From Spirochaetaceae bacterium (lineage in GTDB: Bacteria > Spirochaetota > Spirochaetia > DSM-2461): DNA of 64,000 nucleotides. A program made the position numbers and the translations under genes. Below are positions 31,830 to 42,849 of the stretch, one piece after another (the first letter of the stretch is position 1; every line of letters begins with the position of its first letter). The stretch is taken from the NCBI GenBank assembly GCA_965224705.1, contig OZ245056.1, positions 1,664,001 to 1,728,000 on the forward strand, given 5' to 3'. A model generated the notes under the pieces. The model did no database searches. It was not told where the DNA came from and saw only the letters and a list, made by a program, of their open reading frames with translations.

Positions 31830-33230
31830 GTGGATTCAAACACAGACGACAGGAGTTGGAAGTTGAAAATCAAATTAGCCGGACTGGTTTTGCTCTTTTT
31901 CGCCATGTCTGCCGGTGCAATGGATCAGCTGTCTCTAGAAGAAACGGCCCTCAAGGCTCAGGCGGAGAACCCGCAGGTACTCAAATCCATGAGAGCCGCG
32001 GGAATAGCCCAGCGGAATCTGAAGGGAAACGCCCGTCTGGAAAGCAGCTCAATCAGCTTCAACGCCGCCTATGGCAGTTCCTCAAGTAATTCATCCGGCA
32101 GTTCATCGTCTGCCTCCAGCGCAAATTCTGCGGCCGCCGATTCGGTACTGTCTGGAACATCCACCGTTTCCATACCGATACTGGATCAACTGACACTGGG
32201 GGGAAGTATCACCGCCAAAGAGAGTCAGGAGCTAAGCGGAAATGCCACCCTCACGGCCAAACCCTTTGCCGCACCAACCCCCGTCTGGACTACAGAAACT
32301 GTGCACGCCAAGGCCGTGATTACCTGGGAATACCAACGCCGCCAAACCTATTACGATGCTGAAACAAAGGCCCTGGAATACCTGGCCGCCGATATGAAAC
32401 AAATCCAGTCGCGGGCCGATTTTGATCTGGAAACCCGTATCTCCGATGTCATGCAAGCCAAACTGAAACTGGGCGAGGCCACTTTCGACGAACTGCAGGA
32501 ACAGCTATCCGCCTTAACGGATGCCAGAAAAGCCCTGTACTCCGCTGAATCCGCGAAAGTATCCACCTGGAAAAATCTGCGCCAGCTGTTCAACCCCGAG
32601 AGTGAGCCCTTTAGCCCCGCACCCCTGCCCCTGCCGGAGATGGAAGATCGGATTGCCCAGAGGTCATCCCTGCTCACGCAGATAACCAGCGAAGGAAAAC
32701 TCCGCCCGGTTTCCGCCTTGATGTCCAGCCTGAAGCTGGATCTGCAATCCCTGGGCAAAGAGTTACAAGCCACTCCCGCCTGGCGGCCTGATTTAAGCAT
32801 CACCGGCACCCTGGGGCTTCCCGATACCACAAAATCCAGTGTCGGACTCACCCTGTCCTTTGCACCCAGCGACATAAAAAAGGATGAACGGCAAAACATC
32901 AAAGACCAGAGGGCCGATACCATGGCCGATATTCAGATGGAGCAATACAATCTGGAGCTGCAAAGGCAGTTGCTGGAGCGCGGCATTGAAATCACCAGAC
33001 AGGCATTTGAAGCCGCCAAAGTAGTTAGAACGCAGGCCGATTTAACACTCCGGGAGACGGAACTGCTGTACACACAAGGCGACCGCACCGTGTTTGAACG
33101 GGATAAGGCCCGTCTGGCATTGCAAAATGCCGATCTTGAATGCTTCTCCAGCGCGGTGGACTGGTACGCGGCTCTGGGCGAGATGCTGGCCCTGTTTGGG
33201 GTGGAAGGAAGCGATGCTCAAGTGATGTAA
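31830..33230 (+). CDS. TolC-family outer membrane efflux protein
   Basis: Signal peptide, LSLEE.A..A...NP start and a repeated helical pattern; last gene of the exporter operon. Confidence 0.7.
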   Translation: MDSNTDDRSWKLKIKLAGLVLLFFAMSAGAMDQLSLEETALKAQAENPQVLKSMRAAGIAQRNLKGNARLESSSISFNAAYGSSSSNSSGSSSSASSANSAAADSVLSGTSTVSIPILDQLTLGGSITAKESQELSGNATLTAKPFAAPTPVWTTETVHAKAVITWEYQRRQTYYDAETKALEYLAADMKQIQSRADFDLETRISDVMQAKLKLGEATFDELQEQLSALTDARKALYSAESAKVSTWKNLRQLFNPESEPFSPAPLPLPEMEDRIAQRSSLLTQITSEGKLRPVSALMSSLKLDLQSLGKELQATPAWRPDLSITGTLGLPDTTKSSVGLTLSFAPSDIKKDERQNIKDQRADTMADIQMEQYNLELQRQLLERGIEITRQAFEAAKVVRTQADLTLRETELLYTQGDRTVFERDKARLALQNADLECFSSAVDWYAALGEMLALFGVEGSDAQVM

Positions 33231-33263
33231 CTTATGCACACTGCTGCGGATGGGTGTACCTGT

Positions 33264-33826
33264 CAGGGCAATCGCATCTAAAATCCACTAGCCAGAGTGT
33301 TCTTCAAAGCCTTATTCATGGGTTTTTAACCGCAGAGGACGCAGAGAGCGCAGAGTGTTCAAAATAAATGTTGACCAATCTGTTTATGCTATAGAGACGA
33401 AAAAACCCGGACTAAAGTAAGACTTTTTCTCCATTTTTGGGCGTTTTGCCCAAAATGTGGGTGCGTCCATGCGCCCACGGTCAGCTCTAAGCGGTTTTAA
33501 GAGCTGCCCTATATCTCTCTGCGTACCTCTGCGTTCTCTGCGGTTTAATGCCGCTTTGAGGAGATTCCACATTCTTTGAGACACTAGGAGTCTGTCGGAC
33601 TTACGCCTCACGGCTCGATTTTTGCCCTTTTTTCCCGCTACGGCGTTGTCAAAATGCTCACGTAGCCCAGCTACACTCCGCTTTTGCCGCCTTGTATCGG
33701 AAAAAAATCATCAAAAATCGCCTCGAAGTCTCAAAGTCCGACAGACTCCTAGATAAAAATTTCCATTGATCTCGAAAATCAGTGTTTTTCATTCTTTTTG
33801 GGACAGAATTAGATGCAATTACCCTG
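33264..33826. mobile_element. MITE family A carrying a nested MITE B
   Basis: Inverted copy of 22222-22619. Flanks GTGTACCTGT / GCGTACCTGT form a 10-bp target duplication with one mismatch. Confidence 0.88.
33587..33749 (+). mobile_element. MITE family B nested in MITE A
   Basis: Perfect 16-bp TIRs and a TA duplication; the empty site is visible in the 22222 copy. Confidence 0.9.
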
Positions 33827-33873
33827 GCGTACCTGTGTGTGATTATTGATCTTTACAGCTGCAGGATGGTACG

Positions 33874-34824
33874 ATGGTTTTTATGGGAAGAGATATCAGA
33901 TTAACTGCGTTTTTGTTTGTACTGATGTTGTTGTATTCTCCTTTTGAGGCGGGGGCCCAATCCAAGAACGGTTTCGATCTGACAAAGGCATCGGTCAGCG
34001 AAGAGGAAATCTTTTTCGGAGGGCCTCCCCGGGACGGCATCCCTTCAATTGATCGTCCGAAATTCATCGCCATCGAAAAGGTCAACTACCTCCGTGATGA
34101 TGACATTGTCATTGGCTTAGGGAGTGGAGATACAGCGCGTGCTTATCCAACCCGCATTCTGATGTGGCATGAAATTGTCAATGATGCCTTAGGAGACGAT
34201 GCCGTTGCCGTGACCTACTGTCCCCTATGCGGAAGTGCCATGGTTTTTGATCGCAAGATTGATGGGGAGACCCGAACTTTTGGCGTTTCGGGACTTCTCT
34301 ATCGGAGTGACCTGCTGATGTATGACCGGGAAAGTGAATCTCTGTGGTCTCAGTTGGGGATGAAGGCCCTCAGTGGACCATCGGTTGGCAAGGAACTGAC
34401 CTTACTGCCGAGCGAATACTCGACCTGGAAGGCCTGGCGGGAAAAATATCCCCGCGGAAAAGTACTCTCCACCGATACAGGCTACAGCCGCAACTACGGA
34501 AGGGAGGCCTATGCCTCGTATTTTGCCTCCGAGAAGACAATGTTTCCGGTGCCCCACACACGCAAGGAACTTCCGAACAAGTCATTGGTCATCGGCCTGG
34601 TCATTGATGGAAAGGCGAAGGCGTATCCGGTCGATCTCTTCTCGGCCCACAAGGTCGTCGAAGACCGGGTTGGAAACAAGAGAGTGTTCCTTCGCTACGA
34701 TGAAGAAAGACGGTATCCCCAGGTTAACGATGTCAGGGGGGAGGCGGTTCCCGCGGTGATGGTCTTCTGGTTCGCGTGGCAGGCATTTTACCCTGAGACT
34801 GCTCTGTGGAAACCCCTGCCATAG
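33874..34824 (+). CDS. DUF3179-family exported protein
   Basis: GGPPRDGIPSID.P, WHEIVND, TYCPLCGS, FGVSGLLY and FWFAW motifs. Confidence 0.85.
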   Translation: MVFMGRDIRLTAFLFVLMLLYSPFEAGAQSKNGFDLTKASVSEEEIFFGGPPRDGIPSIDRPKFIAIEKVNYLRDDDIVIGLGSGDTARAYPTRILMWHEIVNDALGDDAVAVTYCPLCGSAMVFDRKIDGETRTFGVSGLLYRSDLLMYDRESESLWSQLGMKALSGPSVGKELTLLPSEYSTWKAWREKYPRGKVLSTDTGYSRNYGREAYASYFASEKTMFPVPHTRKELPNKSLVIGLVIDGKAKAYPVDLFSAHKVVEDRVGNKRVFLRYDEERRYPQVNDVRGEAVPAVMVFWFAWQAFYPETALWKPLP

Positions 34825-35014
34825 GAGTCTGTCGGATTTTAAGGCTTCGAGGAGTCTGTCGGACTTCCGCCTCACGGCTCGATTTTTGCCCTTTTTCCCT
34901 GCTGCGGCGTTGCCAAAATACTCGCGTAGCCCAGCTACGCTTAAGTTTTTGTCGCCTTGCATCAGGAAAAAATCATCAAAAATCGCCTCGAAGTCTTAAA
35001 GTCCGACAGACTCC
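34824..35014. mobile_element. MITE B (34851-35014) inserted into the end of an opposite-orientation MITE B stub
   Basis: The stub GGAGTCTGTCGGATTTTAAGGCTTCGA is followed by a full copy flanked by GA. Confidence 0.8.
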
Positions 35015-35016
35015 GA

Positions 35017-35158
35017 GGCTCCTGCTTCACCGATATCCGCCGCAAGCCTCAAATCCTCCAAACCCTACAGAAAAGCTCTTCTGAACAGTTCCTGATGGAT
35101 TCATTGTACTCTAACCAGGGAATCTTTGAGAAGATCGTTAACGGATTGGGGAATTTCA
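35017..35158 (+). mobile_element. Remnant of IS family C
   Basis: GGCTCCTGCTTCACCGATATCCGCCGCAAGCCTC matches the 48.5 and 51.2 kb elements; ends in TGGGGAATTTC. Confidence 0.6.
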
Positions 35159-35259
35159 TGAGGCAATTCGGGGTGCATAGAACTTCCAGCACGAAACCAG
35201 CACAGCATTGAGAATAAACCCCGCAGTACTCGATTCATTCGCAAAAAAAAAGTTCAGTG

Positions 35260-35288
35260 TTGACAAAATTAGCAAAAAAACCCAAGAT
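35260..35288 (+). promoter_or_regulatory. Putative sigma70 promoter for the giant lipoprotein gene
   Basis: TTGACA-17 bp-CAAGAT, with an A-tract upstream. Confidence 0.45.
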
Positions 35289-35563
35289 AGTGATTAGTTG
35301 TCCCAAAGTCCTGCCTCTGTGGAGACTGACTTTGGAATTTCTTATGGGATAAGGAGGTAATGCAGCACTTATTTGAATCACCACTCAAACCTGGAAATTC
35401 AAATAAGTTGTTTACATCGCCTTGAAACAATGAGGGAGCCCGCCGTTCCTCACTCAGGTTCGCGGGACGGCAGGAGGGTGTGTTCAACCCCGCCCTTCTG
35501 ATCGCAGCGGAAGCAGGCGGTTCGTCTGCTGTCAGTATTTCATATAATATAAGGAATGAAACA

Positions 35564-38500
35564 ATGTTAAAAACAGTTCTGAAGTCTCTTGCATTCTTCT
35601 CGATCTTATTCTTGATGGCCTGTCCATCCCCGGTGGTCGATACTGGAGACGCCGATGCCGTCGCCAGCGCCAAGGCGGCCCTCACCATCGGATACAAGGC
35701 CGCTGATGGCTATTATCCGACTGCTGATAGCGCGGATTCGGTTACGGCGGACATTACCCTTCCCAGCACCGGCACGGGGGGAACCACTGTTACATGGGAA
35801 TCCAGCAAGGCAAGTGTCATCGGCACGGATGGCAGCGTCACTCGCCCGGCATCCGGCGCGGGCGATGAAACCATTACACTCACGGCAACCATTAGCAAGG
35901 GTAACGCGGAGGATACCAGGGAATTTACTCTCATTGTTAAGCAAAAGACTGCCGCGGATGTCGATATTGATACCGCCGAAAGCAATCTTGCCATTTCCTA
36001 TGCGGGTACGGATGCTGCGGATTCGGTCACAGAGGACATTACCCTCCCCACCCTTGGTTCGGAAGACACCACCGTTACCTGGGAATCCGACAATGAGGCC
36101 ATCGTCATTCAGAATGGTCAGGCCACTGTGAACCGCCCCCTATCCAGCGCGGCGGACGCGGAAGTTACACTCACGGCAACCATCAGCAAGCAAGGCGGCC
36201 GGTCGATTACAAAAACCTTCACTCTTACCGTAAAGAAGAATGCCGATGCCGCCGGAGACAATCTCGCGGCAGCCAAGGCGGCTCTGGTTATCGATTATGC
36301 GGGATCTGATACCGCGGATGCAGTCACAGAGGACATCACCCTTCCCGACACCGGGGAGCACGACTCCACCATCACCTGGGAGTCCGGCGATACCAACATC
36401 ATCAGCGATGCAGGCATTGTAACTCGAGGAGACTTTGCTGACGGCGAAGGCCATGAACAGGTAACCCTGACGGCCACCATCACGATTGCTCCTTCCTCCG
36501 TAACGAAGTCCTTTACTCTCACCGTGCTGGAAGAAGACCCAAGCGATCAGCAAGCCGTCAATACCGCCAAGGCCGACCTGAGTGTCTCTTACGCTGCGGG
36601 TGATAGCCAAAAAGTGGTAACCGCGAACTTTGAACTTCCCGCCAAAGGCAAGTACGACACCGATATTGCCTGGAATTCCGACAATACCGCCATCGAAATA
36701 AGCCAGACCCCGAGCAATGGGTTCTACACCGCCACCGTCACCCGTCCCGATTTGACGACTGGGGATGTGTCTGTCATCCTGAAAGCCACTATTTCCAGGG
36801 GAACCACCGAAGAAACCAGGCAATTCTTTCCCACGGTGGAGGCTTCCGGCAAACCCGAAATAACAGGAAGCATCGCCTATGTTATACAGGCAACCACCTA
36901 TGGTACCGGCACCACAACACCCGTTGACGCCCAGGGACTGGACGGACGGAAGGACCTCGCGTATGCCCTTGTGAAAGATGTACCGGGCATAACGGTGAAC
37001 GAGGCGAATGGAGAGCTGGAAATAGGGGTCGGCGTACAGGCTGGCGAGCATTCCATTACAGTAGAGCTTCGTTCATCGGATACCACGGGCACCCTCGAAT
37101 GGAGCGGAACCATAACCGTAGAGAAGAAATTACTTACGGGAGAAAGTCTGACTTATCCCGCGCTGACGACGGTTCGGGGTGCGGACAGTGGAAATATGGC
37201 CAGTCCTCTGGCCGGTTTCCTGGCGGGAGGCGATAATCTGGCCGATGTTGTCGATTTCGCTATTGCCAAAACAGGAACAGGGGGAAGTGGAACGGACAGC
37301 GATGTGTCGATCTCTACAGACGGAGTCGTCACTGTCGAAACAGACATTGAAATCACCGCGACCGAATACACCGTCACCGCCACCGCAAAGACCGATGGCA
37401 GCTATGCCGATTTCACGACTGGAACCATTACCGTGACGGTGGGAACCCCCAGTATAGACGGGGAGTTCGACCACAGCATACCGACTTCGATTACGTATGG
37501 TGAGGGTGCAACATACTCGGTTGAGAGCAATACTGTCACAGGAGAATCCGTGACATTTGCCCTTGAGAATCCGGTTACAGGCATAACGGTTGCTTCAAAT
37601 GGAGAGATAACAGTCGCAGCAGATTTGGATGCCGGTACCCATTCTATAACGGTGAAAGCGACAGCCTTAGATCTCCTTGGAACAGTTACGAAATCCTACA
37701 CCATCACCATTGATCCAAAATCCATCTCGGCCGCATCCCTGACATACGCTCCACTGACGGTGGATAGGGACGCGAGTACTGGAAATACGGTCACTCCTAC
37801 CCTGACGAGTTTGACTGATTTGTTGGTATCAGGCGATAGCCTTACCGATGCGGTCAGTTTTTCCATCGCCAAGACAGGAACATCGGGAACTGGAACGGAC
37901 GGCGCTGTGTCGGTCGATGATAATGGCGTTGTTACTGCCATTACCTCAACGGTCTTCACCGCGACCGAGTACACCGTTACCGCGACCGGGAAAGGGAACT
38001 ATGCCGGTTCCCCGACCGGGACCATTACTGTAACGGTGAATACACCCGCGATGAGCGGAGATTTCGACTACGACATACCGGATTCGATTACGTATGGCGA
38101 TGGCCCGACATACGGTATTTCCACCAACAATATTGCTACAACTCAAGGCCTAACATTTGCCCTTGAAACTTCAGTCCCAGGCATAACGGTTGCCCCGGGT
38201 GATGGAACGATAACAGTCGACGAAAATTTGGCTGTCGCTGATTATGATATAACGGTAAAAGCCACTTCAGCAGACTTCACGGGCGAGATTAGTCAGGATG
38301 AAACCATAAGTGTCCAGAAGAAATCAATAACGGGCACTTTAGGGTACACCGCTCTGACACTAGCTGTGAATGCTCAGGACAATACTTCCACTTCGCCAAC
38401 GGTTAATTTCCTGGTGGGAGGCGATGCTCTGGCCGATGCCGTGGACTTCACAATCGCGAAGAAAAGCGGCCCGGGGCCAGCTGCAGGCAGCATTGCTGCA

Positions 38501-41500
38501 GACGGAGTCATTACTGTCAACACAGCAACTAACTTTACAGAAACCGTTTACACCGTTACCGCGACCGGGAAAGGGAACTATGACGGTTCCATAACCGGGG
38601 ACATTAGCATAACGGTAACAGCGGATGATGTAGGACCTGGAAAGCCCGGCAACTTTGGCGTCAGTACGGAGAGCAATGGGGGTGTCAAGCTCACCTGGGC
38701 TGAACCTACAGATAAAGGTATATACAACAATACGACAGCAACAATCACAGGTTACACAATCTATTATTCGACAAGCTCTACCTTCACAAAGGGCAATGCG
38801 GAGACTACAATACCTGATTTGGATTCAGCGCTCACCAGCCACACAATCACGTCCGGGCTGACTGCCGGTACGCAGTATTACTTCCTCATGACGGCGACGA
38901 ACGGACATGGTGAGGGCGGGGTAACGGACACGTTATCGACGTATACGAATAGCGCCCCAGGAGCGCCCGCCCTAACGCTGGCAACGACCAGCACCGGGGT
39001 CAGCGTAGACTGGAATGTCTCGGATCTGGGATATTACGAGGGCAAGGATGCGGCGCTAACCGGAATCGATATCTATTATGCCAATCAATCAAACGTCAGC
39101 ACGAGCGGTACCCCTGTGTCAGTTTCAACGAGTAGCGCGACGGGCTCAGAGAATATAGATATTGCTGATCCTGGCGTGAAGTATTACTTCATCGCGACGG
39201 CCACGAATGGAGCTGCTACGGGCAGTCCGACGAGCCCGGCAGTATCGGTGACTCTAGATAAGGCGCCGGGAGCCCCCACCGGCTTCTCCGCCACTGGTGG
39301 AACTACTGAAGTTACGCTCAACTGGGACGTGCCTTCTGATCTGGGATATAAGGATAACGCGGAGGGGTCGATAACGAGTTACCATATCTACTACAAGGAG
39401 GGTTCCAGCGTCTCAACGACAGATTCTACTGGCACTGCAACAGCGGCTTCGACTGATAGATCGAAGACAATAAGTAGTCTCACTGCCGGCACACAGTATG
39501 CCTTCATCATGACGGCGGAAACTGGCGCTGGCGTGGGTGCGGCTACGACTGTAAAGACAGTGTATACGAATGCTGCCCCTGGAGCGCCTACTCTTATCTC
39601 CGTAACAGGGGGGGATGAAGAAGCCACGCTTGTCTGGACTGCGCCAAGTGATAAGGGCTATTCAGGCGGTTCAACAGCAACGCTCTCAGGCTACTATATC
39701 TATTACTCGACGACTTCTGGCTTTAATAAGGCTACGAGTGGAGTTACGAAGTCCGGCCTCCTAGGTGTGGGTGCCAGCCCTCATACAATTACTGGACTTA
39801 CTACTGCCGGTACACAGTATTACTTCCTCGTGACGGCGGCGAACGCTGCTGACGAGGGTACGGCGTCGAATGAGGAGTCGACGTATACGGATGGCGGCCC
39901 AGGAGCGCCCACCCTAACGGTGACAGCGACCAGCACTGGGGTCAGCGTAGGCTGGACCGTCTCGGATCCGGGATATTCGGGGGGATCGGCGGCATCAGTA
40001 ACCGGAATCGATATCTATTATGCCGATCAAACAGGCGTCACCACCACGAGCGGCGGAGCCCATGTGTCAGTTTCAACGACTAGCGCGACGGGCACAGAGG
40101 CTATAACTATTGATGATCCTGGCGTGGAGTATTACTTCATCGCGACGGCCACGACTGGAGCTGGTACGAGTGTGGGGAGTACGGAGGCATCGGTGATTCT
40201 TAATAAGGCGCCGGGAGCCCCCGCCAGCTTCACCGCCACGGGTGGAGATGAAGAAGTTACACTCAACTGGGCCGCACCTTCTGATCTGGGTTATGTGAAT
40301 GGCTCGGAGGGATCGATAACGAGTTACGCTATCTATTACAAGGCGGGTTCCAGCGTCACAACGTCAGATTATGATACTGTGACAACAGCGATTTTGACTG
40401 CAACATCGAAGACAATAACCGGTCTTAGTGCCGGCACGCTGTATCACTTCATCATGACGGCGTCTAACGGTCATGCTGAGAGCGCGCCAACGGACGAAAG
40501 GGCGACACATACGGATACTGTCCCTGAGAAACCTACCGGTGTTTCACTATCGGGCGGAGATCAACGGGTTACATTAACATGGACCGCACCTGGTAATACG
40601 GGCTATGTAGGCGGTTCAGCAGGAACGCTCACAGGTTACAATATTTACTATTCGCAGAACTCCGGCGTTACTGTTGAAAATGGAACTAAGCACGAAGTCA
40701 ACTCGGGGACTGCCACCATGCAGGAAATCTCCAACCTTGCTCCCAATACGCAGTATTACTTCATCATAACGGCGAAGACTGCTGCCGGTGAGAGTTTGCC
40801 GACAACTGCGGAAACATTCACAATCTCCCCGGCATTCAGCTCCGGTGAAGTAACCATGGACGTCAATGAAATAATAACCAGGGTGGGCACGGCCGCAAGC
40901 GAGCAGGTTACCTTTGGAGGCTCTCTCACAGCGGGTACGCACTACACCCTGTCCTTGCAGCGTCCTCAGGGCGCCAGCTCTTCGGTCACCATAAACGACG
41001 CCACAGGACTCATAACTGTAGCCAACACGGTAGCCGCCGCCGATGGCGGACAATACACTGTCATCGCAGCGGGATCAGGCGGCCAAAAACTCTCCGCGGC
41101 GTTTACTTTGACGCTTTACGATACCGATCTGGCGGGTCTCCTGCTGAACGGTGAAAGGATTCCGGCTGACTTGAGCAACTCCGACGCATTCACCCAGGCC
41201 ATACTTGCAGACTACAATGCCGACGCGACCATGACGGCCTTCTATGTCACCGAGAACGGTGCCGGAAGCAAAGATGGTTCTTCCTGGGCCAACGCCATCG
41301 CCGGGACTGGCCTGCGAAGCGAGCTTCAGAGTCCGGCCGGCGATGCGGACAACATACACTTCATCCTGGTTGGCGCCGGTACCTACAAACCGACGAAGCA
41401 AATGATGATGCGGAGCCACGCTGCCATCATCGGCGGCTGGCCGGCTTCGGGCGGCTGGATCCGCGGCGGCGCTGAGACCATCTTTGATGGAGAGAAGCAG

Positions 41501-42793
41501 AGGCGATTGTTCTATAACAGTATCCCCCTGACTAACGCCAAGCTCTATGGGGCGGTTATTCAGAATGGCAGTTACTCTACAGCAAATGGGGGAGCGGTGT
41601 TCAGCATGAGTTCAACTACCGCGTTTATCGACGTGCGCTTCCTCAATAACACCTCAGGAAGTAATGGCGGAGCTGTATACGACAGAGACGGTACTGTTAA
41701 GTTTTCTAATGTTACATTCGACGGCAATACTTCCACTGTCGCTACCACTGGTTCCGTCGGCGGCGGAGCTCTCTACACTGACACTTCAAGTGCCGAACTC
41801 ACCGACGTGGTATTTAAAAACAATAAAGCCCATGCTTACGGTGGGGGCCACTATAGCCTTAACGCATCTCTTGAGTACAGCCGAGTGCAATTCCTGAACA
41901 ATGAATCCGGCCTGTCTAAAGAGGGGGACGGCGGGGGTTTATTCGTGAGAAGTGGTACTAATGTTAAGCTTTCTCATGTAATATTTGATGGCAACAACAC
42001 AGCCAAAGGTAATGGCGGGGGAGCCAGCATTTGGACTGCTACCGGGACCTCATTATCCCATGTGACTTTCAAGAATAATACGATTCTATCCTACCAAAAT
42101 GGTGGAGGATTGTATGCCTGGGAGTCAGACTTCAGCGTTTCTCATGCGACATTTTCTGGAAATTCGGGGAGGGGTTCCGCGATTGGAACAAAGAAGTCCA
42201 CGTATGAGCTCAACCAGATGACAATCACGGAGAATGATGGCGATGCGGTAATATTCTATGGCGAAGACTCAAACGCGGTGATTACCAACACCCTCATCTG
42301 GGGGAACACAGCCACAATAGGAGGAGGTGTAGAAGTTGCGCCCGCGTTCTGGTTAGAACCCAAGGCCAACACGACGGATGTTTTGACGATTTACAACAGT
42401 TTATGGGAGGAGGGCATCAGGGAGTATGGTGGTGTTAAAGGTTTCTATTTATGGGGCGGCAGCGGCTCCGCCGTAACCCTTACCCAAGCCAGCAATATCA
42501 TTACCGACGGGACTGAGGCTGCAGTGCTCGGCAGCTTGATGACCACCGGCGACGAATACCTCATGACTTATCCCCTGACCACAGGCAGTCTGGCCCAGAA
42601 CGCGGGCATCTATGTCCAGCGGGGGACGGACGGTACCTATTACTACAGTGGTGATAACTCGAATTGGTTCGAAGAACCGGGACTTACCACTTCCGTTACG
42701 CTGCCCAGCGGCACGGAGGAACTGACGGCGAAGGATGTTCCGGGGAATAACCGCAACGGTGTCCCCGACATCGGTGCCTACGAACTGCAATAG
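35564..42793 (+). CDS. Giant surface lipoprotein (~2409 aa): Ig-like repeats, 7 FN3 domains and a C-terminal beta-helix
   Basis: Start MLKTV after AAGGA; lipobox FLMAC. Four SVT.DITLP...TW.S..VTRP..TLTATI repeats, three two-domain repeats, seven PGAP..W..Y.IYY..YYF repeats, GG(A)/F.NN repeats and a PDIGAYE end. Confidence 0.88.
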   Translation: MLKTVLKSLAFFSILFLMACPSPVVDTGDADAVASAKAALTIGYKAADGYYPTADSADSVTADITLPSTGTGGTTVTWESSKASVIGTDGSVTRPASGAGDETITLTATISKGNAEDTREFTLIVKQKTAADVDIDTAESNLAISYAGTDAADSVTEDITLPTLGSEDTTVTWESDNEAIVIQNGQATVNRPLSSAADAEVTLTATISKQGGRSITKTFTLTVKKNADAAGDNLAAAKAALVIDYAGSDTADAVTEDITLPDTGEHDSTITWESGDTNIISDAGIVTRGDFADGEGHEQVTLTATITIAPSSVTKSFTLTVLEEDPSDQQAVNTAKADLSVSYAAGDSQKVVTANFELPAKGKYDTDIAWNSDNTAIEISQTPSNGFYTATVTRPDLTTGDVSVILKATISRGTTEETRQFFPTVEASGKPEITGSIAYVIQATTYGTGTTTPVDAQGLDGRKDLAYALVKDVPGITVNEANGELEIGVGVQAGEHSITVELRSSDTTGTLEWSGTITVEKKLLTGESLTYPALTTVRGADSGNMASPLAGFLAGGDNLADVVDFAIAKTGTGGSGTDSDVSISTDGVVTVETDIEITATEYTVTATAKTDGSYADFTTGTITVTVGTPSIDGEFDHSIPTSITYGEGATYSVESNTVTGESVTFALENPVTGITVASNGEITVAADLDAGTHSITVKATALDLLGTVTKSYTITIDPKSISAASLTYAPLTVDRDASTGNTVTPTLTSLTDLLVSGDSLTDAVSFSIAKTGTSGTGTDGAVSVDDNGVVTAITSTVFTATEYTVTATGKGNYAGSPTGTITVTVNTPAMSGDFDYDIPDSITYGDGPTYGISTNNIATTQGLTFALETSVPGITVAPGDGTITVDENLAVADYDITVKATSADFTGEISQDETISVQKKSITGTLGYTALTLAVNAQDNTSTSPTVNFLVGGDALADAVDFTIAKKSGPGPAAGSIAADGVITVNTATNFTETVYTVTATGKGNYDGSITGDISITVTADDVGPGKPGNFGVSTESNGGVKLTWAEPTDKGIYNNTTATITGYTIYYSTSSTFTKGNAETTIPDLDSALTSHTITSGLTAGTQYYFLMTATNGHGEGGVTDTLSTYTNSAPGAPALTLATTSTGVSVDWNVSDLGYYEGKDAALTGIDIYYANQSNVSTSGTPVSVSTSSATGSENIDIADPGVKYYFIATATNGAATGSPTSPAVSVTLDKAPGAPTGFSATGGTTEVTLNWDVPSDLGYKDNAEGSITSYHIYYKEGSSVSTTDSTGTATAASTDRSKTISSLTAGTQYAFIMTAETGAGVGAATTVKTVYTNAAPGAPTLISVTGGDEEATLVWTAPSDKGYSGGSTATLSGYYIYYSTTSGFNKATSGVTKSGLLGVGASPHTITGLTTAGTQYYFLVTAANAADEGTASNEESTYTDGGPGAPTLTVTATSTGVSVGWTVSDPGYSGGSAASVTGIDIYYADQTGVTTTSGGAHVSVSTTSATGTEAITIDDPGVEYYFIATATTGAGTSVGSTEASVILNKAPGAPASFTATGGDEEVTLNWAAPSDLGYVNGSEGSITSYAIYYKAGSSVTTSDYDTVTTAILTATSKTITGLSAGTLYHFIMTASNGHAESAPTDERATHTDTVPEKPTGVSLSGGDQRVTLTWTAPGNTGYVGGSAGTLTGYNIYYSQNSGVTVENGTKHEVNSGTATMQEISNLAPNTQYYFIITAKTAAGESLPTTAETFTISPAFSSGEVTMDVNEIITRVGTAASEQVTFGGSLTAGTHYTLSLQRPQGASSSVTINDATGLITVANTVAAADGGQYTVIAAGSGGQKLSAAFTLTLYDTDLAGLLLNGERIPADLSNSDAFTQAILADYNADATMTAFYVTENGAGSKDGSSWANAIAGTGLRSELQSPAGDADNIHFILVGAGTYKPTKQMMMRSHAAIIGGWPASGGWIRGGAETIFDGEKQRRLFYNSIPLTNAKLYGAVIQNGSYSTANGGAVFSMSSTTAFIDVRFLNNTSGSNGGAVYDRDGTVKFSNVTFDGNTSTVATTGSVGGGALYTDTSSAELTDVVFKNNKAHAYGGGHYSLNASLEYSRVQFLNNESGLSKEGDGGGLFVRSGTNVKLSHVIFDGNNTAKGNGGGASIWTATGTSLSHVTFKNNTILSYQNGGGLYAWESDFSVSHATFSGNSGRGSAIGTKKSTYELNQMTITENDGDAVIFYGEDSNAVITNTLIWGNTATIGGGVEVAPAFWLEPKANTTDVLTIYNSLWEEGIREYGGVKGFYLWGGSGSAVTLTQASNIITDGTEAAVLGSLMTTGDEYLMTYPLTTGSLAQNAGIYVQRGTDGTYYYSGDNSNWFEEPGLTTSVTLPSGTEELTAKDVPGNNRNGVPDIGAYELQ

Positions 42794-42849
42794 GGTTTTT
42801 CCGGTTCCGGCTGATAGCCGGAACCGGGAATTGGATGTTTTGAACACGG

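Noticed and set aside
35480..35563. Extended N-termini from the ORF track (also 13901, 22972, 48703, 52643, 62331)
   Set aside because: Downstream ATGs have better ribosome sites, signal peptides or paralog-supported starts; the extensions run through repeats or neighbouring genes.
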